From: Escherichia phage TR2
DNA length: 45,171 bases
Sequence record: OP251154.1
Direction: 5' to 3' (one strand)
Below, piece by piece: positions 15,654-23,757 of the stretch. The translations under genes were made by a program, and so were the position numbers. Below the pieces are notes generated by a model, which was not told the origin of the DNA, ran no database searches, and worked only from the letters and a program-made list of their open reading frames with translations. Every line of letters starts with the position of its first letter. The stretch's first letter is position 1.

Positions 15654-16573
15654 AAACTTATGATAAGAAAGAAGTATTGCCAAGAATGCTGGGGATGTGG
15701 AAAGATGCTCTAATAAATATCTGTGATGCACCTGCGAACTTCTTTAATGGCAAGCACCATCCATGCCTATACTGTGGAGGTCGGGATAGAGCTAGATGGA
15801 CTGATAACCTATCTATAAAAGGTGATGGCGGAAATATATGCAATCAGTGTGGGAACGACACTGGGATAGGATTAATGATGAAGCTTACTGGAATGAACTA
15901 CAGTGAGGCTATAAATACGCTTGGTGACTGGTTAAACCTGGTTCCAGTTGAGGTTGTAGCTAAAGCAAACAAAAGAGCATCAAGAACATCACCATACAAA
16001 ATGGGCGCTCAGATTGACCACGAAAGATGCTTAGAGATAATGGAAAGGACGGAAAGAGTAGAATCAACTCCACTCAGTACATACGAGGGTATCTATAGCG
16101 AGTTCGGCTTTGATGTTGGCAGGACGAAATCAGGAGAACTAATACACGCAGTGCCGTGCTTTATGGCTTATAGTGACGGCGTGTCAGAAGAAATGTGCAA
16201 TGTGATGTTTATCAATGAGGAAGGGGATGTTAGTTATGCTGCAAAAGATTATACTCGCCAATCTGTGGCTGTTATTGGTTCCCTTAAGGATAGTGAGTAC
16301 GCTTATCTGGTCGATAATTGGATTGATGGTGTTCGCGTTCATCTTGCTACTGGCAGTCGCTGCGTTCTTGTTTGCCACTCCAGCTACAACATGGAAATGG
16401 TTGCTTATGCGCTTAGAAACTACAAGTTACGCGTCGCTTGCACTCGCCACTCTTTTGATTTACTCGCCGTTGCTGATGATCGCAATCTTGATGTTGTAAT
16501 GCCAAATGATGATAATTTTTTCAAGTCAGGAATAAGAAAGCGCATATACAAGGCAAGCGAATTACTAGACTAA
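15650..16573 (+). CDS. putative DNA primase (zinc-ribbon N-terminus)
   Basis: Cys4 zinc ribbon HPCLYCGG...CNQCG at N-terminus; replication-module context. Confidence 0.5.
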   Translation: MKTYDKKEVLPRMLGMWKDALINICDAPANFFNGKHHPCLYCGGRDRARWTDNLSIKGDGGNICNQCGNDTGIGLMMKLTGMNYSEAINTLGDWLNLVPVEVVAKANKRASRTSPYKMGAQIDHERCLEIMERTERVESTPLSTYEGIYSEFGFDVGRTKSGELIHAVPCFMAYSDGVSEEMCNVMFINEEGDVSYAAKDYTRQSVAVIGSLKDSEYAYLVDNWIDGVRVHLATGSRCVLVCHSSYNMEMVAYALRNYKLRVACTRHSFDLLAVADDRNLDVVMPNDDNFFKSGIRKRIYKASELLD

Positions 16574-16597
16574 CCTCCTTCTGGAGGTTTTTTTATG
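16571..16597 (+). terminator. rho-independent terminator
   Basis: CCTCC-ttctg-GAGGT hairpin followed by T7. Confidence 0.7.
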
Positions 16598-16621
16598 CCT
16601 GAAAGATGATACAATCCAACT

Positions 16622-16636
16622 TATCAATTAGTGCTA
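16622..16636. promoter_or_regulatory. orphan operator copy TATCA-N5-TGCTA
   Basis: Palindrome 22 nt upstream of the tail-fibre ATG with no -10 at the canonical spacing in either orientation. Confidence 0.4.
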
Positions 16637-16658
16637 TTTTACAAACGGAGACTTTACA

Positions 16659-18155
16659 ATGGCAATTTATGATTCTGGCACAGCAAGCCTGGCAGCCAAC
16701 GGTACCGTAACTGGTACTGGAACCAACTGGATGGCTCCGCTTACTCTCATTCGTGTAGGCGCCACTATTGTGTTCAAAACTGAACCAGTGAAGATTTACA
16801 CTATCTCTGAAATTATCAGCGATACGCAGATTAATGTATACAACCCAAATTCTGAAACTGTTCCTGCTGGTACTGGTTACGCGATTCTAGCTCATGATGG
16901 GATTACCGTTCAGGGATTGGCACAGGATGTTGCGGAAACTCTGCGCTTCTACCAATCGAGAGAATCTGAGGTTGCAACAGCGGTTGATGTTTTTAAGGAT
17001 TTTAATCAGGATAAATTTGCAAGTGATGTAAATCAAGTAAATACGCAATATGGTGAGATTGTTAATATTGGAGCGCAGGTATCAAATGATGCAAATCAGG
17101 TAGCTTCTGATAAAGACGCAGCAGCGGCATCAGCGCAAGAAGCGGCAGGTTACGCTGACAGCATTAACCCAGGTCTACTTCTGGCTAAAAGCCAGAACCT
17201 GGCAGATCTGGAGAATAAGAAAACAGCAAGGAATAACCTTATGGTTCCTTATCTCTCCTCGTCTCCAATTCCGTCAGGCGTTAACATTGACTCGATTAGT
17301 GGAGTCGAAAATACTGGCATTTATTACCAAAACAACACAGCTAATGCGACCGTTGCCAATGGATATCCTGAAGAAACTGCTGGCACTCTTTTTGTTTACA
17401 GCGCTATAGCGAATGGTGTCAGGCATACTACGCAAGATTATATTCCTTCCAACAAACAAGGCATAACATACAGAAGACAGTACAACTTGGATTCTGGCAC
17501 ATGGAAATGGAGCGCGTGGCAAAGGTTTTTAAGCGTTGAGTCATTCAAAACAATACAGCCTGAGTTTGGTTCTGTTATTAGCGCTACGCGAAATGTAAAG
17601 TCATTCTCGTTAGAAGTGCATGAGCCTAATAGAAATGCCACCATCATGGCTTGGGGCAATAACAACGGAAGACCTTCTGTAGTTGAGTGCAAGCTAGATA
17701 ATGGCTTTCTTTGGTACGCACAACAAAACGCTGATGGAGGAAGGTATTTCGAAGTGAATGGGCCTATTAATGCTACGGCATTTAACCAAACATCTGACAG
17801 AGAAAAGAAAGATAACATTGAAGTTATCTCTGACGCGACTGTAAAGTTACGCATGATGAACGGTTACACCTATACCTTGAAATCTAATGGAATGCCTTAT
17901 GCTGGCGTAATCGCACAGGAGGTTCAAGATGCTATACCGGAAGCGTTTAGTGGTACTTTTGAATACATAGATGCTCACGGTGTAAACCCTGATGGAACTC
18001 CACTGCAACTGGAGAATAGGAGCTACATGGTTGACTATTCCGGCATTACTGGATTGCTTGTTCAGGTTGGGCGAGAGACGGATGATAGGGTGACTAAACT
18101 TGAAAGGGAAGTGGAGGAACTTAAAGCTATTGTGTCAACATTGATTAGCAAATAA
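16659..18155 (+). CDS. tail fibre with C-terminal intramolecular chaperone (peptidase S74-like)
   Basis: C-terminal ~120 aa (DREKKDNIEVISD...YAGVIAQEVQDAIPEAF...) match the autoproteolytic chaperone domain of phage fibres. Confidence 0.75.
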   Translation: MAIYDSGTASLAANGTVTGTGTNWMAPLTLIRVGATIVFKTEPVKIYTISEIISDTQINVYNPNSETVPAGTGYAILAHDGITVQGLAQDVAETLRFYQSRESEVATAVDVFKDFNQDKFASDVNQVNTQYGEIVNIGAQVSNDANQVASDKDAAAASAQEAAGYADSINPGLLLAKSQNLADLENKKTARNNLMVPYLSSSPIPSGVNIDSISGVENTGIYYQNNTANATVANGYPEETAGTLFVYSAIANGVRHTTQDYIPSNKQGITYRRQYNLDSGTWKWSAWQRFLSVESFKTIQPEFGSVISATRNVKSFSLEVHEPNRNATIMAWGNNNGRPSVVECKLDNGFLWYAQQNADGGRYFEVNGPINATAFNQTSDREKKDNIEVISDATVKLRMMNGYTYTLKSNGMPYAGVIAQEVQDAIPEAFSGTFEYIDAHGVNPDGTPLQLENRSYMVDYSGITGLLVQVGRETDDRVTKLEREVEELKAIVSTLISK

Positions 18156-18185
18156 AAAAGCCCCGAAAGGGGCTTTATCTTTTAT
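18153..18185. terminator. bidirectional rho-independent terminator
   Basis: A-run, GCCCC-gaaa-GGGGC, T-rich run; between convergent genes. Confidence 0.7.
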
Positions 18186-18604
18186 CAGAAAGGAATATTG
18201 TCAGCTTCAAACTGCTGTTGTGGCTGCGGCTGTCGTTGTTGCTGCTGCTGCTGTTGTTTTTTCTGCTGCTGCTGCCCACCTTCACCGCGCTGACTAAACT
18301 CAAGTCGAGGATTGTTCATATTAATGGTTACATACGTCTTACCATCTTTATCACGAACATCTACAGCCAAAGTTTCGCAACTTACGCTAACAACCTTACC
18401 TTCCTGAAACGCTTCGTCATACCATGCAAGCATTGACTCTTTTGCGAAGAAGGCGGCTCGATAGTTACTGTAATGCGCCTGTTCATCCTTATCCTTGTAG
18501 CGCTCACTCAAATCAACCGCGTACATTTTCCAGGTGCCATTTGCATTCTGACCTTCTTTAGTAAACGGAGCGCGACGGATAACACCAGTAATTACGTGAC
18601 TCAT
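18185..18604 (-). CDS. single-stranded DNA-binding protein
   Basis: OB-fold-like N-terminus, Gln-rich linker, acidic tail ending DNIPF. Confidence 0.8.
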   Translation of the reverse strand: MSHVITGVIRRAPFTKEGQNANGTWKMYAVDLSERYKDKDEQAHYSNYRAAFFAKESMLAWYDEAFQEGKVVSVSCETLAVDVRDKDGKTYVTINMNNPRLEFSQRGEGGQQQQKKQQQQQQQRQPQPQQQFEADNIPF

Positions 18605-18644
18605 TTTCTTTCTCTCTTAATGTTGGGGCCTAAGCCCCGTTAAA

Positions 18645-19295
18645 TTAGAATGTATCGATTTCTTGAGATTGTACTTCAGCCTTTTCTTCTTGAACAGCTT
18701 TTTGTGCAACCTGCTTAGGTTTCGCTGGGTTGAAGCCCGTCATTGCACTAGCCTCAATCTCTGCTTTTCGCTCGATTATGTGAGGTTCGAAAACTTTCCA
18801 ACCCGCCGCATCAAGAGACTGTTTAGCCTCTTTCCAAACATTGCGGAGCTCATCAAGATTACTGCACTTATCAAGATCACGTTTAAAGTCTTTAACGCCC
18901 TTAGCCGCGAGATTACCATCGTCATCTGCCTGGCTAAGACCTAACGCTGCTGTGATTCCGTAACGACGCGCATATGTAAGGGAGGATCCATAACCCTGAG
19001 CGTCTTGCTTACTGATTGGTACAATCATTAAGAAGCTAACCCACTCCCCAGATTCTGCATGAAACAACTTGGTTTCAACCTTTAGGCGGCTTGTTGATTC
19101 ATCATCGATTACGCTCTGGAACATCACCAAACCACACTCATCTAAACCTGGCTCAACGGCCGCTAGTACGTCTTCAAGGGTAGCGTACTTGTTTTTTAGG
19201 TGAGAGTTCTGCTTTGACTTTTCAGCCTTCGCAAATAGTGATTTAGCGGTGTGTAGCGCGTTTAAAATTGATTTGCATGATTCTGAAATTTGCAT
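18645..19295 (-). CDS. ERF-family single-strand annealing protein
   Basis: KNKYATLEDVL and SSLTYARRYGITAALGL resemble conserved blocks of P22 Erf; adjacent to exonuclease and SSB. Confidence 0.7.
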   Translation of the reverse strand: MQISESCKSILNALHTAKSLFAKAEKSKQNSHLKNKYATLEDVLAAVEPGLDECGLVMFQSVIDDESTSRLKVETKLFHAESGEWVSFLMIVPISKQDAQGYGSSLTYARRYGITAALGLSQADDDGNLAAKGVKDFKRDLDKCSNLDELRNVWKEAKQSLDAAGWKVFEPHIIERKAEIEASAMTGFNPAKPKQVAQKAVQEEKAEVQSQEIDTF

Positions 19296-19324
19296 ATATT
19301 AACCTATATCGTTTCAATGGGGCA

Positions 19325-19367
19325 ATGATAACCCACCAGTTAATTTTGTCTTTAGCAATTAGTGCTA
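19325..19367 (-). promoter_or_regulatory. operator/-10 promoter cassette
   Basis: Plus 19353-19367 TAGCAattagTGCTA, 22-nt spacer, TATCAT (plus 19325-19330), leader CATTGAAACGA. Confidence 0.55.
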
Positions 19368-19844
19368 TTTACCATGATTTTCATGGAAGCCGTGCTCTAT
19401 TTCAGCCTTGATCCTTGCTGCTTTTGCGTCATCAATATCAGAAAAGCATCCCAGGTGATAATCGCGGCCGTTTACTCTAATATTTGATACGTACTTCGAT
19501 AACCTTTCAACCCATGAAACACCAATAACTCCAGTTTTGTTATTGAATCTAATTGATTGATTCATTGCATTCCCTTGTTTTGTGACAAGCCTTAGGTTTT
19601 CTATTCTGTTATCTGACCTGTCGTGATTTATGTGATCAATAAACATTGCATCATCAATATCACCATTAATCATCTCCCACACAATCCTATGCGACTTGTA
19701 ATACTTACCATCAAACCTAACGTTTATGTAACCATTTGATGAATTTACATGGCCTGCAACCATGCCTTTCCTTGCTCTAGATCCGAAGTTTTTCGCCCAA
19801 ACTAGGTTGCCTGAATCGTATATAAAAACATCATTCCATCCCAT
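19365..19844 (-). CDS. HNH homing endonuclease with AP2 domain
   Basis: IDHINHDRSDNRIENLRLV plus AP2-like NKTGVIGVSW. Confidence 0.8.
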   Translation of the reverse strand: MGWNDVFIYDSGNLVWAKNFGSRARKGMVAGHVNSSNGYINVRFDGKYYKSHRIVWEMINGDIDDAMFIDHINHDRSDNRIENLRLVTKQGNAMNQSIRFNNKTGVIGVSWVERLSKYVSNIRVNGRDYHLGCFSDIDDAKAARIKAEIEHGFHENHGK

Positions 19845-19878
19845 AAAATACTACCTATTTAATTAATTTGGTTTTTAA

Positions 19879-19921
19879 ATATTAACCCATCCTTTGTTTT
19901 TGTTTTTAACAAAAAGTGCTA
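19879..19921 (-). promoter_or_regulatory. operator/-10 promoter cassette
   Basis: Plus 19907-19921 TAACAaaaagTGCTA, 22-nt spacer, TAATAT (plus 19879-19884). Confidence 0.55.
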
Positions 19922-20890
19922 TTTTATTAGCTCCTGGTACTGTTTAGATACCCAATCAGGGATTATTAACTCTTGCTCCGCTATTCCACCAGAGTATCCA
20001 GGCCATTTGTCAGTTTGCTTGCAGTTCTTGTAAACAGATAGCGCTTCGCAATATTGGAGCCTACCAATCCTTAAGTGCTCATCACTCAATGTGTACATCA
20101 TTGGAAGGTATGGCTCCTCTTTTTCCTGAGCCAGCAATCTAACCTTAACTTTTCTTTTCTCATTGAATGCCCTTACAAACAAATCTCTTTGTAAACTCAT
20201 TTTCAGTAAGTACATATGTTTACAGGCTAATCTTCCAAACTCATCTGGAGATGCGCTTGAGGTTGTTTTAAAGTCGGTAATGTAAACAACGCCATCAACA
20301 ACATCCACATGGTCAAGTCGAACCTTAACGCCGCATCCGAGAATCTCACCAAAGATTGATAACTCTTTCTGCGCGGTTGGTGAATTAATAACCGCATCGT
20401 ATGCCGGAATGTTGGTAAGAACCTCGCGCATTGAGATTACCTTGTCGTAATCCTTTGCGCTAACCAGTTCCTTGCCACTAATTAACGCCCCAGCGCTCTC
20501 CTGCTGCTCAATTAGCCATTTAACAGGCCAATCCTCACCAGACTTATACATCATCTCTACTAGCTCGTTATAGTCCTTCCCTGAGGTGCCAGAAACTCCA
20601 ACTTTTTTAAGCGCCGCCGATAAAGCAGTTTGGCTAGTAATCAATCCTTCCACTTCATCAAAGTCTGTGGCTCGCATGCAAGTGGAATCGAACACTTCAC
20701 GCTCAAGCATCATGCAGTGACTGAGAGTGCCAAACTTTAGTGCTGCGCTTGAGTTATTGCGCTGCTTAAATTTCCATTTAGCTGGAGAGGTTGCCAGAAT
20801 CTCAGCCAGTGAAGATCCAGAGATGTGATCTTGTTCTTCGTGATAAGCCTCGTTGCTAAGTTCGTCATTTGTATATACGGTGAATGTCAT
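19919..20890 (-). CDS. PD-(D/E)XK exonuclease (RecE/Cas4-like)
   Basis: ITDFKT D..K motif and C-terminal Cys cluster; partnered with ERF and SSB. Confidence 0.6.
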   Translation of the reverse strand: MTFTVYTNDELSNEAYHEEQDHISGSSLAEILATSPAKWKFKQRNNSSAALKFGTLSHCMMLEREVFDSTCMRATDFDEVEGLITSQTALSAALKKVGVSGTSGKDYNELVEMMYKSGEDWPVKWLIEQQESAGALISGKELVSAKDYDKVISMREVLTNIPAYDAVINSPTAQKELSIFGEILGCGVKVRLDHVDVVDGVVYITDFKTTSSASPDEFGRLACKHMYLLKMSLQRDLFVRAFNEKRKVKVRLLAQEKEEPYLPMMYTLSDEHLRIGRLQYCEALSVYKNCKQTDKWPGYSGGIAEQELIIPDWVSKQYQELIK

Positions 20891-20931
20891 TTTCTCAATC
20901 TCGTTTAATGCCCATAACTAGGCCGTGGCAA

Positions 20932-21426
20932 TCAAAATAAACCAAGTTGGAATCGTGCACCAACTTCCTCAATTAGCTTCCTAGCTTCCTTCTTCTGCCG
21001 CTTTCTTTCGGTCATTAGCTTGCTGCCTACTTTTCCGATCTGTTCTGAGTCATTGCATAATTCCGAAACCGCTTTTGTTGCCGCATTGAAATCACCAGTT
21101 AGTGCAATGGCTTTCACTTTACTAATTACATCCAAATCCTTAACTGCTTCTTCTAGTTGTTCCCAACGCTTAATGATCGCATAACGCATTTGAGCATTGT
21201 ATCCAGAAACCAGCGTTATTGTCAGGTCTTTTGGTAGATTGTAAATCTTCAATTTCTTGCCGTTTGGTCCATCATTAACAAAACTCAAAAATGAGTTCTG
21301 CTCTAAATTCAATGACTTAAGCATATTCTCTAAATCCCTGATGACGTTATTATGTCTCTTCCCTGTTAGTTCAGCAATCTCTCGGCTGCTCATTGTTTCA
21401 ACTTTCAGTTCTGTAATCTCTTTCAT
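20932..21426 (-). CDS. Rha-family phage regulatory protein
   Basis: SSREIAELTGKRHNNVIRDLENM matches the Rha N-terminal signature; start set at second Met with AAGGTGA SD. Confidence 0.55.
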   Translation of the reverse strand: MKEITELKVETMSSREIAELTGKRHNNVIRDLENMLKSLNLEQNSFLSFVNDGPNGKKLKIYNLPKDLTITLVSGYNAQMRYAIIKRWEQLEEAVKDLDVISKVKAIALTGDFNAATKAVSELCNDSEQIGKVGSKLMTERKRQKKEARKLIEEVGARFQLGLF

Positions 21427-21427
21427 C

Positions 21428-21625
21428 TCAGTCACCTTTAACCTTAACAATCTTAATAGCTTTCAAATCTTCTTCAGTGAAGTACCCGGTCAGACGTTCC
21501 TTGGCTTCTTCCTTTGTTTCAAATCTGTCTGCTTCAGATTTATGGACTGTATATCCAGCGGGTCCGCCAAAGTAGCAATCTCCGAATAGTGCGTTGTTTT
21601 TCTCTTTAATAATGAAATATGGCAT
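21428..21625 (-). CDS. hypothetical protein (65 aa)
   Basis: ORF track. Confidence 0.4.
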   Translation of the reverse strand: MPYFIIKEKNNALFGDCYFGGPAGYTVHKSEADRFETKEEAKERLTGYFTEEDLKAIKIVKVKGD

Positions 21626-21629
21626 ACGT

Positions 21630-22037
21630 TTATCCTTTGATGATTTTCACGTGTTCTGATGTTGTCTTTTCTATCCTTGCGCCTGTTTGCTCCCATTGTT
21701 TACCGTATGATAATTCGCAAAACCTAACAGCCATATCATGTGTAAGGAATATAGCCACGGGTGAATACGTTGGTAGTATAACCGTATGAGCATTCAATTT
21801 ATCAAACTTCTTCATCTCTATCTCTCTATGGTTGCGTGCTTTCGATGTGGTAATGATGCCGCATGCTTGCCACTCAGTCCAATTGGTTTCGCCAATCGTT
21901 GAATCAAGTATACGCGTATAATTCTGTAACCACGTGTAGATATGTGCATTGGTTACGTTTTTCACCACTTCAGCCCAGCCATAGCTCAATGTAAAAGGTG
22001 CGTATATCGTGTATACCGATTTTAGCGGAGGGTGCAT
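21630..22037 (-). CDS. hypothetical protein (135 aa); start uncertain
   Basis: ORF track; no SD before the annotated ATG, so it may be shorter. Confidence 0.35.
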   Translation of the reverse strand: MHPPLKSVYTIYAPFTLSYGWAEVVKNVTNAHIYTWLQNYTRILDSTIGETNWTEWQACGIITTSKARNHREIEMKKFDKLNAHTVILPTYSPVAIFLTHDMAVRFCELSYGKQWEQTGARIEKTTSEHVKIIKG

Positions 22038-22110
22038 GGGTATGGGTGGCGATCAATACTGTATAAAATCACATGATATAAAAATTATAACCGGAACACT
22101 CCAAAACAGT

Positions 22111-22277
22111 AGTTACATGATATACACAGTAATATATATAATAATAATAATAAAAGTAAAAGGTTGATATATATAGATATTTTAATGTAACTATGGCGTA
22201 ACTTTGCGTAACTGGGCGTATACGATTTCCCGCGGATGCATATGGTATACATCGAGTTACATCGGTTACGTGTAACC
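22111..22277. repeat. noncoding module B (homolog of module A at 3305..3466)
   Basis: TTACATGA, (AT)4(ATA)4, GATATATATAGATATTTT, iterons, ACATCG, palindrome GGTTAC-GT-GTAACC at 22264-22277. Confidence 0.7.
22196..22222. promoter_or_regulatory. three phased iterons GCGTAAC/GCGTAAC/GCGTATA
   Basis: Starts at 22196, 22206, 22216 (exact 10-bp spacing). Confidence 0.5.
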
Positions 22278-22304
22278 ATGATTTATGGGTAGACTTGAGA
22301 TAAA

Positions 22305-22347
22305 TAGCACGATTTGCTAAAGACAAGCTGCAATATTTGGGCATATT
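22305..22347 (+). promoter_or_regulatory. operator/-10 promoter cassette (weak -10)
   Basis: TAGCAcgattTGCTA at 22305-22319, 22-nt spacer, CATATT at 22342-22347. Confidence 0.45.
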
Positions 22348-22445
22348 GTGCGCATGACGGCAATGGTGCTGCCATCCAACCTAAATTTCAGGCTGGGAAC
22401 CAAAGTGATGGCTCAGATTTGAGCCATGAAAAAACCAGAAGAGAG

Positions 22446-22589
22446 ATGAAAATGAACCTAACTCTACTAAATGAAGATGTAAAAATGAACAGTTATCAGT
22501 TTTTGAATGAAGTTATCAACCCAGCGAGGTTAGTTGCCGGTGAATCTGATGTTCGGCACAATGACTTTGTTGAGAGGATAGAGGATTAG
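22446..22589 (+). CDS. small hypothetical protein (47 aa)
   Basis: Internal Met of ORF 22314..22589 after purine-rich SD; the 5' part of that ORF overlaps the promoter. Confidence 0.3.
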   Translation: MKMNLTLLNEDVKMNSYQFLNEVINPARLVAGESDVRHNDFVERIED

Positions 22590-22673
22590 CTTGAGGGGTT
22601 TGAGTTTGACTACGAAAGTTTCGTAATCAAAAGTGAGGGGAGAGGGGGTTATAGAAAGTCAATCAACTCACCA

Positions 22674-23129
22674 GTGCTTAATATGGAACAGATGCTTCTT
22701 GTTGGAATGCGTGAGTCAAAGTCTGTTCGCCGTGCGGTTCTTAATAAGCTTAAAGAGATGCAGTCCACCATCAACAAACAAACGGAAGTAATCAGCCAGA
22801 TGGTGAGTATTGATGAGCTAAAAGAAGCGCGCGTGATGCTTGGTGTGGCTAATGCGCAGAACGCTCACCTTAGCCAGCGAATCGTTGCGGAGCAGCGAAT
22901 CAATGAAATCCTCCTTATGGATAAGAACATTGACGAGAAGCTTGACCTTCTCGCTTGTGAAGCTCGGCAGTCTTGGGTATCACGTTCCGATGAAATGGAA
23001 GCAAGGTTTAGGTATGAAGCACAATGTTTCGCTCTTAAAGAGAAGACTGACGCACTGGCAGGATTGATCGAGAATAAACTTGGTATCGACATTAAGCCGT
23101 TGCTGGAAAGAAGCAGCACGAATAGCTAA
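22674..23129 (+). CDS. hypothetical coiled-coil protein (151 aa); start uncertain
   Basis: ORF track (GTG 22674 or ATG 22683); C-terminal codons SSTNS-stop are the next operator. Confidence 0.5.
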   Translation: MLNMEQMLLVGMRESKSVRRAVLNKLKEMQSTINKQTEVISQMVSIDELKEARVMLGVANAQNAHLSQRIVAEQRINEILLMDKNIDEKLDLLACEARQSWVSRSDEMEARFRYEAQCFALKEKTDALAGLIENKLGIDIKPLLERSSTNS

Positions 23130-23156
23130 AGACAAATTTCATTGGTGATGTACTAT
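23114..23156 (+). promoter_or_regulatory. operator/-10 promoter cassette
   Basis: CAGCAcgaatAGCTA at 23114-23128, 22-nt spacer, TACTAT at 23151-23156. Confidence 0.5.
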
Positions 23157-23185
23157 TTACAGGCAAACTCAAAAGGAGCAACAAG

Positions 23186-23446
23186 ATGAATAAGTCAGAA
23201 TTTATAGATAAGGTTAAGTTGGCAGGTTTGAAATTCAAAGTTGTTAGCGTTAGAGTCAATAAAGACAGGAACTACGGCCTCGAACAACAGTACTTCTCAC
23301 TTTGGCTGACTGGTTCAAATAGCTGCGACGAATCCTTAACTATGAGTGTTGACTGCATGCCACTACTTTTAAGATTCAAGTCACTGGAAAAGGCAATCAA
23401 TGAGAAGGATAAATATAACAGGTGGTTGAATAGCATTAATTGCTAA
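23186..23446 (+). CDS. hypothetical protein (86 aa)
   Basis: ORF track; C-terminal NSINC-stop encoded by the next operator. Confidence 0.5.
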   Translation: MNKSEFIDKVKLAGLKFKVVSVRVNKDRNYGLEQQYFSLWLTGSNSCDESLTMSVDCMPLLLRFKSLEKAINEKDKYNRWLNSINC

Positions 23447-23473
23447 AGACAAAACTCACAGTTGAGGTATGAT
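23431..23473 (+). promoter_or_regulatory. operator/-10 promoter cassette
   Basis: TAGCAttaatTGCTA at 23431-23445, 22-nt spacer, TATGAT at 23468-23473, then CATCGAAACGAAA. Confidence 0.55.
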
Positions 23474-23514
23474 TACTCCATCGAAACGAAATGCACATTC
23501 TAAGGAATAAGAAA

Positions 23515-23757
23515 ATGACTAACTTAATCAAACTTTCAATCATCGCCGCAGCAGCAATCATGATGGTGGGTTGCTCTTCTGGTCCTCGTCCTGACGGTTG
23601 GTGTGCAACGCAAGCAAACGGAGTATGCGTGGCTAAATGGAAAGGTGGAGTGGTTCTACCGGCTGGTGAAGTTGATGTGCGCTACGACGGCATTAAGATG
23701 AATGGTGGCGGTTACAGCGGGTCTGTTGCTGACCACGGCTCTAAGGAGTGGAAATAA
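23515..23757 (+). CDS. small lipoprotein (Cor/Llp-like superinfection-exclusion candidate)
   Basis: Signal peptide with lipobox (IMMVGCSS); ~80 aa; start set at ATG 23515 after AAGGA; overlaps start of next gene. Confidence 0.55.
   Translation: MTNLIKLSIIAAAAIMMVGCSSGPRPDGWCATQANGVCVAKWKGGVVLPAGEVDVRYDGIKMNGGGYSGSVADHGSKEWK

Noticed and set aside
16215-16499. Hydrophobic 94-aa ORF in an alternative frame inside the primase gene
   Set aside because: Entirely nested in the primase reading frame with no promoter or RBS; hydrophobicity reflects frame-shifted codon composition.
18218-18436. Poly-Leu 72-aa plus-strand ORF
   Set aside because: Antisense translation of the CAG-repeat region of the SSB gene.
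22069-22344. Two overlapping minus-strand ORFs with poly-Tyr and poly-Leu runs
   Set aside because: They are translations of the AT/ATA microsatellite in module B and overlap the iterons and promoter cassette; no start context.
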